This document shows, piece after piece, positions 41,402-57,018 of a stretch of DNA of 64,000 bases (position 1 is the first letter of the stretch; each line of letters begins with the position of its first letter). The notes beneath the pieces were generated by a model. It saw only the letters and a program-made list of their open reading frames with translations, ran no database searches and had not been told where the DNA came from. The stretch is taken from NCBI GenBank assembly GCA_001244265.2, contig CDLV01000008.1, positions 992,001-1,056,000 on the forward strand, given 5' to 3'. Both the position numbers and the translations under genes were made by a program. The stretch is from Microbotryum violaceum. Lineage: Eukaryota.

Positions 41402-44400
41402 CTAAGCGAAGAACTTGTTCTCCTTCAACCACTGCTCGACGTCCTTGGCATCGCGGTCGAGCCACTTCGCGTTGGAACGCATGCGGTCCAGACCCTGGCT
41501 GAGGGATTGGTTCCATGCCGACGAGTCGATGCCCTTGGACCATGCCTCAACAGCCGCGGCGTCCTCCTCCGTCGTCAAGGTCGAGAAGCACGATCGAATG
41601 ACACCGCCGATTGAGAAGTCTAGTGTGGCCAAAAGAAAGCACATCCGTGAGCAAACGCAAGGTAAGAATCGGCGATCGAATACGACTGCTGTACTTACTG
41701 CCCTTGAAGCGCTTGGTAATCATCTCGTAGTTGTCCTGCAGGAACCGCCAGATTTGACGCTTGGCGACGCGGTTGGCGGCCAAGCTCGAAGTGAAGTACG
41801 CAAAGTCTGCAAACGTCATAGAAGAGGTACCCCTCCAAGTCAGTAAGACAGCTCATTGAAAGATAACGAGAGGCAGCGAGAAACACCCACCCTGTGTTCG
41901 CACATCGTCGCCCTTGAGCATGTTGAACGTGCGGTCGAGCAAAGCCTGATCGGTAGTGGCGCATAAGGCCTTCATAGCCGAGGTCCTATGCGCGGGCGTC
42001 TCGGGCTTGTTGTAGACGCTCAAAATCTTCTCGTACTCGGCTTCACCGCCGTGCTTGACGCTCTGCGCGAAGATGCTGTCGCGCAAGTCCGAAGGGATGA
42101 GGGACTCGTCGTCCTTCTCCAGGAAGAGCGCGAAGCGACGCTTGTACTCGGCGAGGGTCGCCGGGTCGTCAGCGGCCGCGGCGACGGAGATGGCCATCGT
42201 TCGTAACTCGATCGTGTCGACGTCGTCGTCGTCCGAATACTCGAAGCCGAGTCGGTCGGCGACAGGACCAAAGAGCGTGCGCCGGAGCTTGGAAATGGCC
42301 CCTCGGACGTCCTCGGGCTGTTCCCACCACGTCGCGCTGATGCTTCCGAGTGAATCGCCGACAGCTTGCCAGACGAGGTTCTCCTTCTCGTTCGTGAGAT
42401 TGGAGAAGAGCGTCAAAGCACCACTCGTCTTGGCGTAGCCCGAAGTCGCAAGCGCCATCGCATCACCCACGAGACCCATGCGGTCGCTCAAGCTGAAGTG
42501 CGTGTTCTCCTTGCCGGCCTCTTCACCGAGCTTGGCGAGACGGTCCTCGGGGTACAAGGTGCGGTACACACCGCATGTCTCGGAGTTGAACTTGTACGTG
42601 ACATTGGCGACGTCCTTAATGGGAATGACGGTCGAGCGATCAGTAAGCAACAGGTCGTGGTTGACGTCGGCCTTGCCGTCCTTGACGATCAAGAGCTCAA
42701 GAGGGATCTGCCAAATCGTCTCGTCTTCCTCGGGGGTCGGGTCACCGGTGCTTAAGAAGCGGTTCTGCGTCACTTTGAGGCCCTCGGACGTCTCTTCAAC
42801 GGTGATGACGGGGAAGCCGACCTTCTTGGTCCAGTTCTCCATAATCTTGGCCACGTCCTTGCCACTGGCCTTGGCGATGCCGTCCCAGAGGTCGGTCGTG
42901 ATGGTGTTGCCGTACAGGAACTTCTTCAAGTACAACGACACACCGTGGATAAAGGTCTTTTGGCCGATGTAGTTGGACAACATCTTGAGCACACTCGCAC
43001 CCTTGGAGTAGGAGATGGCGTCAAAGATCTGTTGGATCGTCTCTTCATCGGGGCAAGGCATCTCGATAGGGTGGGACGAACGAAGCGAATCGAGGCGGAA
43101 CGCGCCAGATAAATGCTCGTTGATGAAGCTGCTGTGAATCTTCCACGATGGCTCGATCTCGTCGATCATGATGACCTCGCCGATCAGGGTCGCGAACGAC
43201 TCGTTGAGCCACAGACCGTGCCACCAATCGAAGGTGACGATGTTGCCGAACCACTGGTGGGCAACCTCGTGCGACTGCACACCGATGACAACCTTCTTGG
43301 TCCGGATGCCGCTCTTCTTGGGGTCGTAGAGGTAGACGGACGTACGTCCTGTGATGAGACCCCAGTTCTCCATGGCTCCGGCGTCAAAGTCACTCGCGAC
43401 GAGCGTGTCGAGCTTGGACAATGGGTATTCTGAGCATAAACGGTAGCATAGCATGGTCAGCACGAGAAACGGGCCATTTGTTTGAAAGTATATTGGGGCT
43501 CACCAATGTCAAACATGCTCTCGTAGATGGGCAAGATGCGGACCTTGGTCTCGAGGGCCAAACCAGCTTGATGAATATTGTCCTTGGTCGCATAAGCGCG
43601 CATCGGCACGATCCTACCCGACAGCGGCGATTTGTAGCTCGCCTCGATGTACTCGAAAGGACCGTTGGCGAAGGCGACGAGGTAAGTTGAGACTCTGGGC
43701 GTCTTCGCAAAGGTCGTCAAGGTCCAGTCGTCCGTGAAATCGCCGTGCGAAACGGTCTTGGAAGCAGATGCGGCAACCGTTCCTTCGGTCTTGCCTTCGG
43801 TCTTGCCTTCGGTCTTGCCTTCGGTCTTGCCTTCGGTCTTGCCTTCGGTCTTGCCTTCGGTCTTGGTAGCGGCAGGTCCGGCTTCGGTGAAGAAGGCGTC
43901 AGTCAAAAGGTCGGTGCGGGGGAACGCTCCACCGCTTCCGAGGTGCTTGGTGTCGGTGACCTCGCAGTTGGAGAGCGCGACCGAGTCGGTGCGCGAGATC
44001 ATCTTGATCGCGTACGTTGCCTTGAACGCCGGCTCGTCGAAGCAAGGGAATGCACGACGGGCCTGGGTGGGCTCGAACTGGGTCAAAGCATAAAAGGCCT
44101 GTCTCACACGTCAAGAGAATCCTCCCAAAGCCGAGTCAGTCTCAGTTCAGTCTTCGCCACAGGACACTGCGACCTGCTCTGAGACACTAGCGGGAACTGA
44201 CCGTATCGCCATCTTTGCCTCCGGGAGCAGGGTACGAGGATCGGTAGTAACCTTGCATCGAGTTGTCGAGCTCTCCCTGCCAGCGCAGAGCCAACTTGAC
44301 CTGACCGGCAGCGACGTGGCCACCAGCAAAGGTGATCTCGATGCGCTCACGCTTGGTGTGGAGCTTGAGCTCGCTCGCGGGACAGGTGGACTCGGTCTTA

Positions 44401-44729
44401 AGCGAGGTGTGGGACAAGACAGCGTGCTGGATGATGAGGGGCTCGGCGACGTTGAGCACGAGCGAGGGCACATCCTCGAGCACGTCGATCGTGATCTCGG
44501 CTGTTCCCGAAAAGCTCAACTTTTCGAGATCGGTCTTGATGACCAACTCGTAGTGCGAGGGACTGAAGGAGGAAGCCAGGATCAGATTGGCTCAATGGAG
44601 TGAATGGTTTAACCACACGTGCACTCACACAACCTTGTCGGTGAGGCGCACCTGCTCGGCATCACTTGCGGGAGTCGCGGCGAGGTTGTCGAGGTTGGCA
44701 AAGCCACTGCTGGCATGGCAGAGACACAT
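41402..44729 (-). CDS. APE2: M1 family alanyl/leucyl aminopeptidase (Ape2/puromycin-sensitive type), multi-exon
   Basis: TQFEPTQARRAFPCFDEPAFKATY, AGAMENWGLIT, HEVAHQWFGNIVT...LWLNESFAT (HEXXH-X18-E), FDAISYSKGASVL, ERAP1-C-like C-terminus. Confidence 0.95.
43782..43865. repeat. Perfect 12-bp coding minisatellite x7 encoding (KTEG)7 inside the aminopeptidase
   Basis: (ccttcggtcttg)7 read directly. Confidence 0.95.
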
Positions 44730-45656
44730 GTTGCGGCGTGGTGCGGAGGAGATCGAGCGAGATGTTGTTTGGGTAAAGCTGTTAGGGGTAACAGAAATAG
44801 AGGCAGGAAGACGGCAGGGCGGTGTTGCTGCCGCTATCGAGAACGAGATGGGGTTGCTAGAGGCGCAGAGCTTGTTCAAGAGGACTCGAGGTCTAAGGCT
44901 TGAGGTCTGGTACGATGATCCAAGTCGAAAGAGAAGGTGGACCCCTGCAAGAAGTCAGCCGCAGTGCAAAGGAGGACAGCAGGACCGCTTAAATCTGCTT
45001 AAATGGGTCGTCGGGGTGGGGTGGGGTGGGGGGGGGGGGGGGGGAAATCCTTCGAAGCCCCACGAGGTTCCATCCCGGCTCAGACACGCGGTCGATCGAG
45101 ACCAGATGCGATGACTTCGGCGTGCAACCCTCACCTAGCGCTCGCACTACGCCCCGCGTATGACTCTAGACAAAACGAAAGGATGGACTGACCCAAGAAC
45201 GACCTAGAGAGGATGCAACGAGGGAGAGAATGGCTGAGCAAGACGGGCACGAGCCGTCGAACGAGCACGATGATGAGACTGGGCAGGCGAACGTCCGGAA
45301 AAGCCCCACGCGGGCAGGGCTGCCGCAGTGCCGCACTCAAGCTAATCTCATCGGCCTAATTCGGAGAGGCCCAAAACAGACGTCGGCGGTGTAAGCGCTT
45401 GAGCCGCCATTTGTCAGCGAGCAACTTCCGCAAATCGAGTGATTTGTTCCAAGACACCTCTGGCGATAAGACCGGTCCAAGTCGATATGACGGGGCATTC
45501 AGCCGAGACAACTTGCATTTAGGGACTCTTGTTGGGCCCGGCTTCTCGCAGACATCGCACGTGCAAAGTCATTACAGTGGTTGGCGCCGGCGACTCAACC
45601 GACGACCGCGCCGGCGATTTTTGGTCAGCATCGCGCTGCGCTCGAACACGGGCTTT

Positions 45657-47901
45657 ATGGTACTCTATTCACTAAACGATGGTGAAGAGACCTGTCGATA
45701 CTCTTTCCCGTGAGCGATGCTTGGGCAGCCCAATATAACTCGCCCGAAACTTCTTGTGTTGACCGCGCGGCGCCGACGGATGATCCGAAGAGGAGGTCCA
45801 AGCTCAAAAACGCGCCCCCCTCTTTTACGCCCCCGACGCGTCTTTTGGCTCCCGGCGCGCGTGAGTTCTCCTTGACCACCCTCCGTCCCCGTCCCCCCGC
45901 CAACACACCATGGCCCCTCCCATCCCTCTCCCCGGCGCTCTCTTCCCCATTCTCAGTGCCGAGGATGTGATCCTCGGCTGCCAAGCGATCGAACTGCACC
46001 TCTCGGAAGCGGACCTGCGTCAACCTAGTTCGTTGCTCGTCGAGAAGATCTGGGATCGGTGGTCCGATCGTTTGTTGGGGTACACGAGTGAGACCTCCAA
46101 TAGGGTCGCGTTGGATCAGTTGGATAAGATGGATTATCCTGTGAGTACAGATGCATGTGTAGGGTGAAGGGATACCTTCTGTGGTCCAGACTCGGCGCCG
46201 TGTTTGGCTGCGCGGTCCATCATTCAACTCGCTGCGTCGTCGCGGGAGGGATGAGCACACATACGCTGCCAGCGCACACCGAGTTCTCCGGTATACTGAC
46301 CCGACCGGTTTGTAATCAACCAGGAAATCTATGAAAGCGCTATGAAGTCACGCATGTTCTTCCGCATGGTGTAGGCTACCCCCTCGCTCCCCCGCCTGCT
46401 CACAGCGCCCGAGACTCACGCGCCGCCTGCCTATTCCTCCCCACTGCCCAGCCAACAACTGACCGACGCGGCTCAAATCGAACGCTTCAGTCTCAGCGAC
46501 GTAGCCAACCCTCAGTCCGGACGTCTCATCGATGCTTTATCGGGTATCATCAATTTCTGGTACTTTGAGGAGGAACAGGCAGAGGATATCTTGCAGCCTT
46601 TGATTGAGGAACAGAAGATTATGCGCGAGCAAGAGATGGAGTTGGAGACGAGGTCCAACGAGTTGAGGCTCAAGATTGAGCAAGAGAGGTGGGTGACGAA
46701 ACTACTGTTGTGTAGCATGAAAGGCTCAGAACTGACTTTGCCGGGTTGCGGTATCACAGGGCCAAACGACTCGAGAACGAACCCAAGGTCACGCAGGCCA
46801 AACTCGAGATCGCGCGACGTCAACAGGACCTCCAAGCGCAACAGAGGGAAGGCCACAGGCTCGAGGCCCAGATGAAGGAGAAGAAGGCCGCCGTCATTGG
46901 GTTGGCGAACCATCTTGTACGTTGCAGCCGCATATCCTGGACCTATGAATGTACTGATCCATTTGCTATCTGCGAAACACAGATGGAACTCTCGAAAGAA
47001 CAAACCCGTCTGCATTCCAAGGTCAACCGCCTCCAATCGCAAATCGTTCGCTCTCCCGAAAGGTTACGTCAATCCGTCGTTTCGCTTCGAGAGGACTTGG
47101 ATCGCGTCGTCGGCGAATTGAGGGCGACCGAGGCCAAGGCGCATCAGTTGTCGGGCAAGATCTCGAGTTTGCAGAAATACAAAGCGGTGCGTGAACACTG
47201 ACAGCTGGTAAAGGTATTTCTTTCTGGTTGCACACTGTCCTGATGCGGTAATTTGGACACGCACAGGATCTCGAATCGTGCAATACGATAGCGAGGGATT
47301 TGGCGAGCGATGTGGCCAAAATGTTGGACGGTCAACAACGGTTAGCCAAGCTCGAGGAGGAATGGTCCAAAGCCGAAGCAGCGCGAGAAGGCTACGAGGA
47401 GACATCGAGGGTATGTCCAAACTCTCCATACCCCCATCTCTCGGATCACCGCTGAGCATTCTCCTCTTGCCTCTCCTTAGAACTCCGAACGTCGTCTCGA
47501 ATTCCTGCGGGACAACTGCTCCAAGTTCGACGAGAAGACGCAATACAAGCGTGAAGCGGGTAAGACCAAGAAGAAGCGTTTGGAAGAGGAGTGGAGTAAC
47601 CTCAAGCAAGAACGAGTGGACTTTGATATGAGGACGGCCGAAGTCAATCGGAGGGCAGTGGAGATTGAGGCGACGGTGAGTCGACATCGCCCGGAGGCTT
47701 TCGAAAACGGAAAACATAACTACTCATCGACCGTCCTCTTGTTTGCAGATCAAATCAATCCACAACGAGACCTACGCCGTATTGGACAAGAGCGAAGCTT
47801 TGTACCGCGAGATGGTCGATTCGGTCGGGTTGTACAGCCTTCAAGTCAACAAGGCGATCGACGCGATGCACACCGCTTGTGCGACGAGGATGGTGTTGTA
47901 G
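45657..47901 (+). CDS. NUF2: Kinetochore Ndc80-complex subunit Nuf2, multi-exon; start uncertain
   Basis: YSFP/ILSAEDVILGCQAIELHLSEADLRQPS, FSLSDVANPQSGRLIDALSGIINFWYFEEEQ, LQSQIVRSPERL, long coiled coil. Confidence 0.85.
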
Positions 47902-48403
47902 AGAGCAATTCTCGGTTTTGGGCAAGAGGGTTGTGTTTGGTTTTCTTCTGTCGATCGTTCGTTCGTCTGTGTTGTCTTAGCTTTTGGATGTCCCCAGTCT
48001 GTGATACCACGTCTCAACCTCATACAGGTATAACTACGAGGAACTTGATGCATTTCTAGTGCCAAATCCTTGATGAAGTTCGGCGAGGATAGAGGGAGGG
48101 AAAGAGACGCCCGCGCTCGGAAGGCCATTCTCGATTTCTGCCGGTTCGGCCATGAAATGTCCGCACAAGCTGTCTGGATATTCGGTACACTTCGGTCAAT
48201 TCATGCTGATGTTCGAGCCTATCCAATGCCCGTTCTGTCGCGTCCCAGTGACCCATTGAGCCGTTGGCCTCGGTGACGTTCGCGAAGCCCGAACTTACGC
48301 AGCGTTCTAGCCGTGCCAGGAGACAGACCACTGTCCGACCACGCCCCGGCTGCGGGCCTTCGTACATGGACACAAACAAACGCATGGGTCTGTACTTCAA
48401 TTT

Positions 48404-50208
48404 CTACTCCTCCTGTCCCTCGTACCCCTTGGGGTTCTTGGACTGCCAGTTCCATTGGTCCCTACACATCTCCTGCAAGTTCCTCGGCGCCTTGAAGCCC
48501 ATCTCCTTCTCCGCCAACGCCGGATCGGCCGTCAGGTCCGGCACGTCGCCGACCCTTCTTCCGACGATCTCGTATTTGTATTCGAAACCTGACGCCACAC
48601 GCATGGCTTCGACCATTTGAAGGACGGACATGCCCTTGCCTTTACCGAGGTTGTACGCCTTGTATTTGCCGCCGGAACCACCGAATTGGGATTTTTGGGT
48701 GCCGAGGGAGGCGTAGGTCGAGTCGCGGGTTAGGGCGGCGAGGGCATCGACGTGGCCTTGGGCCAAGTCCATGACTGTGTGTGAAGAAGCGTCAAAGGGA
48801 TGAGTCATGCCGTCTTTTGATGGGATCATGCACCTTTCGGGGTGACAAGATCGCCACAAGACGCGCAAGAACTGACCGTGGATGTAGTCACGAACGCAAG
48901 TGCCATCGGGCGTAGGGTAATCGTTACCGAAGATCTTCAGCCCCTCCTTGGCGAATTTACCAACGGCCATCTGCGCCAAAAGGGGCAACAGGTTTCCAGG
49001 CTTGCCTCGAGGGTCCTCACCGATCTCACCGGAGGGATGAGCACCGGCGGGGTTGAAGTAGCGCAGACCGATCGCTCGCCACGTGTCGGGGTTCGAGTCG
49101 CACACGTCCCTGATGATCAGTTCGGACATGTGCTTGGTACGGCCGTAGACGGACTCGGGGGCGAGGACCGAGGTCTCGGGGATGGGGATCTGTTGGGGGG
49201 CTCCGTAGACGGTCGCAGAGGACGAGTAGACGATGTTGTACACCTGGTGGCGAGCCATGACCTATGGAGTGGGATACGTGCGTCAGTTCCGGAGGAAGAT
49301 CGACTTGTTTCGTTTCATCTCCCCTCACTCACATCGAGCAAGTTGATGGTGGCCGTAATGTTGGCCTCGTAGTACTGAATCGGCTTCTCGGCCGACTCTC
49401 CCACAGCCTTCAAAGCCGCAACATGAATGACACCCCAAATACCGCCCTTGGCCTTGTACGCCTCGAAGATCTTCTCAATATCGGACTTGATGGTGATGTC
49501 ACCTTTGATGACGTCGATCTGGCAGGCCTTCTTCTCTTCGTCCGAGGCGTCGGCGGGTAAGGCTTCGACGGCGAGCTTGGAGACGCGGGTCATGGCCGTT
49601 GGGAACGAGTTGGAGAAGCTAGTTCCATCGAAGAGTGCGCGACAGATTGAAGCGCGAGAGGAAAGAGTGGCGCATAGGCAGGACGACCACGGTCAGCGAT
49701 CGGGAAGGTATGCACCAGACGACTAGCTTTGCTGTTGAGACTGACTTGTCAATGGTCACGACCGAGTACTCGCCCGACAAGAGGCAGCATAATGCGATGT
49801 GCGAGCCTGTTCGGCGGGAGTCACGACCAAAGCCGCAGCGGGGGGGCGTGACGAATGATCATCGCAAGTGGTCAGCGAGCCAGTCAAGATGATCGATCCC
49901 CTCCGCTCTGGCGCCCGATGGGAACTCCACGTGCACTCTCCGCCGAAACGTTCGCGACGACGTACCAATGTAACCAGCCGCACCAGTGACGAGGATGTTT
50001 TTGCGAGCTGATGTGAGAGTGGGCGAGCGTGGTGAGATCAGTGGCCGACAGTGTGAGCGATTACATGCCCTGCGATCTGCGGATCCCGGATAATGACAGC
50101 CTCCCGGTATGCGCTCCGGTGTATCGCGAGTTGGATGGCAGCAAGGGGCAAACCAGAGCGCAACTCGGAGCAACGGCCTATACACTGGCACGGGCACCAC
50201 CTACCCAT
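48404..50208 (-). CDS. GAL10: UDP-glucose 4-epimerase (epimerase-only), multi-exon
   Basis: [102 protein letters not shown]. Confidence 0.96.
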
Positions 50209-50817
50209 GTTGATTGAAACGTGAGATAAGATTAGGGATGAAAACGAAACAGAGTCGGGAGGAAGAGAGCGGTGTTACTATTTACGAGCTCGGATACGCG
50301 CCCGCTCGCGCCCGCCACTCCCACTCTGGGGTATTGAGTCGGCGGCGGCGCTCGCCACGTCCGTTCTCTTTGGCACGGGAGAGGGCCGGGCCTCACCGGG
50401 ACACCTGTCACCGACCCAGCCTGCGCGGTCCATCTCACGTAACGCGCCCTCGACCTGGGGTAATTAGGGGGAACGAGTGTATATCTTAGTCAGGTCATAG
50501 GCGATTGCCTAATCAATGTGATCCAGCGCCTGATAAGGGTCGTCTCTTTTTGTAGACTAGCTGCAAGCAAAGATTCTCATCCGGTGATGCTATCAGGATA
50601 GAGTCGGGCCCCGACGTCTTTTCGAGAGGCAAGGTCTCAGATCTCAGAGCACGTACCCAGCCGCTCAAGAATGAAATTGGACGGGACAAAGAGCACGATG
50701 ACGTGGCGTGACCCTCGTCGCTAAGAACGACACCAAGCAACTTTGCACACATGTACACTAGAACAGAGAAAATCGATACCCGCATCGCGATCTAAAAAAC
50801 ACGCCCCACGGCGCTGC

Positions 50818-51914
50818 TCAATCCAACTGGCCATTCTGATCAATCTCCTCTAGTCTCGCAATCTGACGATCCCTAACCCTCTCCTGCCACCTCTGCAACT
50901 TTGCCGATTCATGCACCTTGAACCCAAAGATCCTCGGCCTAATCCTCTCCACTTTACTCGCCGCACCACTCGCCAAACCCCCCTGAGGTCCCCCCTGTCC
51001 TTGTCCACCGGCTCCTGCTCCGGGCACGCTCTTACTCGGGATCATACCAGGGTAGACCATGAACAGCATGTGGGGGAAGGTCGAACCAAAGTAGGCGCCA
51101 TCGATCGCACCGTGTCGAGTCGATTTGGGCGAATATAGATCCTCGCATCGTGGGCAGTACAACTTGACCGCGTTTTGATAGGGCACGTCCGAAAGACCGA
51201 GCGGTAAAAGGGCTTGACCGTAGCAGAGCACGCGGGGGCATCGACCGAATTCGCCCTTCTTGTACTTGTCGATCATCTTGGACAGCCCTCGGGAGGTGAT
51301 GATGAAGCGCGCGTGGATGAGGCCGTAGAGGTGCCGTGCGGCCAGTTCGAGTTGTTCCCGGTGCTCGTCTTCGATATCTTCCTCGGCTGTGGGGAGGACT
51401 AGATGGGGATGAGTGGTATGAAACGAGGCCGATGCACGAGAGGACGGACCTGATGTGTCGGTGATCAACTCCAACGCGGCGCTGTAGCCTTGCACCTCGG
51501 CGTTCAATCCGGTGAGGTTGAAGCGGTCGATAATGTACTCGTCGTCGACTTCGCAAAAGTACTCGTTCCCTTTCGATGCCAAGAACCATCTGCACGAGTT
51601 TGGGTCGGGTTAGCTCAATGTTTCAGTGTGCAAGTGCTAGTCCGAGTGCTCGAGACTGACGAGATCCACGAGTTGGTGTAGGATGCCGAGGACGAGTTGG
51701 AGATGTCGTCCACTGATGGAAGGTGGCACGGTTGATGATGATGTTCGTGGTCGTGACGACGCGAGAGCCGTGAGACCCCATTCGGTTCGAACACAGGAGA
51801 GAGAGAGAGAGAGAAAGGGAAGCGCAGAAGGAGCAGATAGGAAGGATCGGTTGGCTGGGTCAGCTACACGACTCGCTGAGCGTCAAAAAGAGTGCTGCGT
51901 TTCGACAACTCACT
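50818..51914 (-). CDS. CKB: Casein kinase II regulatory (beta) subunit; ATG split by intron 51713-51913
   Basis: MDDISNSSSASYTNSWIS|WFLASKGNEYFCEVDDEYIIDRFNLTGL, LYGLIHARFI, FGRCPRVLC, LYCPRCEDLY, DGAYFGSTFPHML, PRIFGFK. Confidence 0.95.
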
Positions 51915-52511
51915 CGTGTGTGAGCAAGAGATCTAGATCGAGGGAGGGAAGGTGTCAGGCGTGCGATCGGCCCCTGGCCTGATATGTCCTGGCGGGAGGT
52001 GCGCGAAGGTGGGTCGGGCTGTGTCCTCCGAGCACTAGTACGGTAGCTTTCCACTGTGATATTGTCTCTCGATAGAGATCGGAGCCTTGGCCTATCGTAC
52101 GGCTGCTGGTCCTGACGCACGAACGACCACTGACTCGTCGAGGCGGTCGGGTTCGAGGCAGTGCGATGGGCTGTGGTACTGCCGGGCGGGTGATGAAGGC
52201 GCTGAGGCCGTTCTCGATTGAGTAGGCCTGGTGCGAAAGCGAGTCGTTGTCGAAGTAGAGCACAAGTGGGGGTGAATGCAAGCCGTGAGTTGGCCCTGTG
52301 AGCTGTATGCCGCGCCCGCGCTGGAAGCTTGCAATTGCGATTTGAAACGTTCCTTCTGGCCGGACTAAACCCAAGTTTGAGGCCGGGCTGGTGCGCCAAC
52401 ACGCTCAACCTCGACCGCGCTCGGCTCCGGCTCGCTCACTGCACCCACCACTGCACCTCCTCGAGCATCGTCGCACCCGTACGCTCACCCCACTTCGACC
52501 ACCTACCCACC

Positions 52512-54116
52512 ATGGCACCCCCTACCCTCGTCGATGAAGAGTTGAGTTTCACTGCCCACCGCCCACCTTGGCCTGTTGGAGAATCACAGTTGACATTCTC
52601 CTCGCTCTTTCACTCTCTCTCTCTCTTTTGCCTCGGCTTCAACTCTCCACTGGACTTGGGGCGCCCGGCCGTGTTCCGGCTATGGACCCAACCCGCGCAA
52701 CTCGGCGCCGCCCCACTTGGCTTATCCGAACGGCTCCATCTTGCGTGCCATCAATCCCTCCATCATCGATTGCTTCCTGCTGGGGATCCGTTCCTTGAAT
52801 CTGTCCTCCCAACAGCCTCGATGATCTCGATGACATCGTCACAGGAGGAGCTTCCACCACCAAACCGACAACCACCACGACCACCACCTCCACGATCGAC
52901 GACGGCGACGGCGACTTCGACTTCCCCGACCCCGAAGAAGCCTTGGCCCTTCCCAACGACTCAACACTACCCTTTGCACTAGGCGCCGCAGGAGCAGGCT
53001 CAGAAGACGATGCCGCCTTGGCCGCCGAAATGGAGAAGAACATGTCGTCCCTCTTCTCCGGCCTCGGTCCGGGCGAAGAAGAAGAGTTTAAAAAGATGAT
53101 GCAGCAACTTATGAGTGGTCAAGGTTTGGACGCCTTGGGGTTTGGTGACGATGATGGCGCAGAAGGAGCGGAACGGGCGGCTGGACCGGATGGGGACGAT
53201 ACAGAGTTGTTGAATCAGTTGATGGCTGCCATGGGAGCTGGAGCGGGAGGCTTGGGTACGTCGGAGGCATCGGAGGCGTCCCAGCCCGATCCGACGACTA
53301 AAGGGAAAGCCAAACAAGCTTTCTCGACTACAACAACATCCACACCTTCCACACCTTCCTCGACCCAACCGACAGCCCCTGTCAACTTCCAAGACGCGAT
53401 CAAAGCGTCCATGTCCAGAGTGCAACAATCCAACTCGGCCGTCGATCAAGAAACCTCGGCCAAGACCGCCGCAGGAGCGAATGCCGATCCTCTGGCTGCG
53501 ATGATGGCTTCCATGGCCGGCCTGGAGGGCGGGGAAGAGGGTTTGCAGGGTATGTTGGATGAGATGATGGGCCAGTTGATGAGTAGGGAGGTGCTGTATG
53601 AGCCGTTGAAGGAATTGAGTGACAAGGTGAGATCCAGGATCGCCAACCTTGACCTGGTCCTACAGCAAAGCTGAACTCCCCTTTTCGCCCCCCCCCCCCC
53701 CCCCCCCCAGTACCCGACCTACCTCTCCACCAACGAAGGCAGACTGCCTTCCGAGGACCTTAAACGCTTCCAAACCCAAGCGACCGTCGTGTCGCAAATC
53801 GTCTCCAAATTCGAGGAACCCGGTGCCGATAAAGCAGAAGATCAAATGACCTCTTCCGAAAAAGAACGGAATACCCAACGTCAACAAGAGATTACGGACC
53901 TAATTGCTCAAATGAACGATTGTGGTGCGCCGCCAAAGGAGATCATGGGCGAGATGCCACGTGAGTTGTTGAATGAGCACTCCAAAACTGATGAGAGCAT
54001 TGATTTGACCGCTGAGCTGACGGTTGCTTCTTGTTGACTTGGCTCCCCTCACAGCGGGGATGGAGTTGGGTGCAGATGGCGTGCCCAAGATGCCGGAGGA
54101 CTGCATCATTTCCTGA
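52512..54116 (+). CDS. PEX19: Peroxin Pex19, multi-exon
   Basis: N-terminal DE.LDDLDD motif, FQDAIKASMSRVQQS, MMGQLMSREVLYEPLKELSDKYPTYL, MNDCGAPPKEIMG, CAAX CIIS*. Confidence 0.93.
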
Positions 54117-54240
54117 GGAGGGATATTTTTTGTATCAAATGAAGTGTTCTCTCACTCGAGGTTAATTATAACATTACTAGTATAATGTGCGCTCTCTCCC
54201 ATATAAGAGACGAAAAACGGAATACACAGCTCGGCCACCC

Positions 54241-56856
<2,616 letters not shown>

Positions 56857-57018
56857 GGTTGTGATGGGATGAGTGCTGGGTGTGGGCACCGCTCAACCTG
56901 CGCGAGCGTGACTTGCGCGATCTCGGCTAGTTTCGATCCTTGTTTCCTTGTTCAGCTCTGTTCAGCTCCTTTCGCTCCTGCTGTCGATCGTGTGCCATTG
57001 CGCCTCACACCCATCACC

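Noticed and set aside
43782-43865. CRISPR-like array (also 13520-13586)
   Set aside because: No spacers; simple tandem repeats in a eukaryote.
48404-50208. GAL gene cluster or epimerase-mutarotase fusion
   Set aside because: Neighbours are NUF2 and CK2-beta; no GAL1/GAL7 and no mutarotase domain.
50871-50880. CCCTAACCCT telomere-template-like 10-mer
   Set aside because: Lies inside the CK2-beta coding exon (antisense); it also shows that such short matches arise by chance.
53688-53708. C21 run giving a poly-Pro ORF
   Set aside because: It is the polypyrimidine tract of a PEX19 intron.
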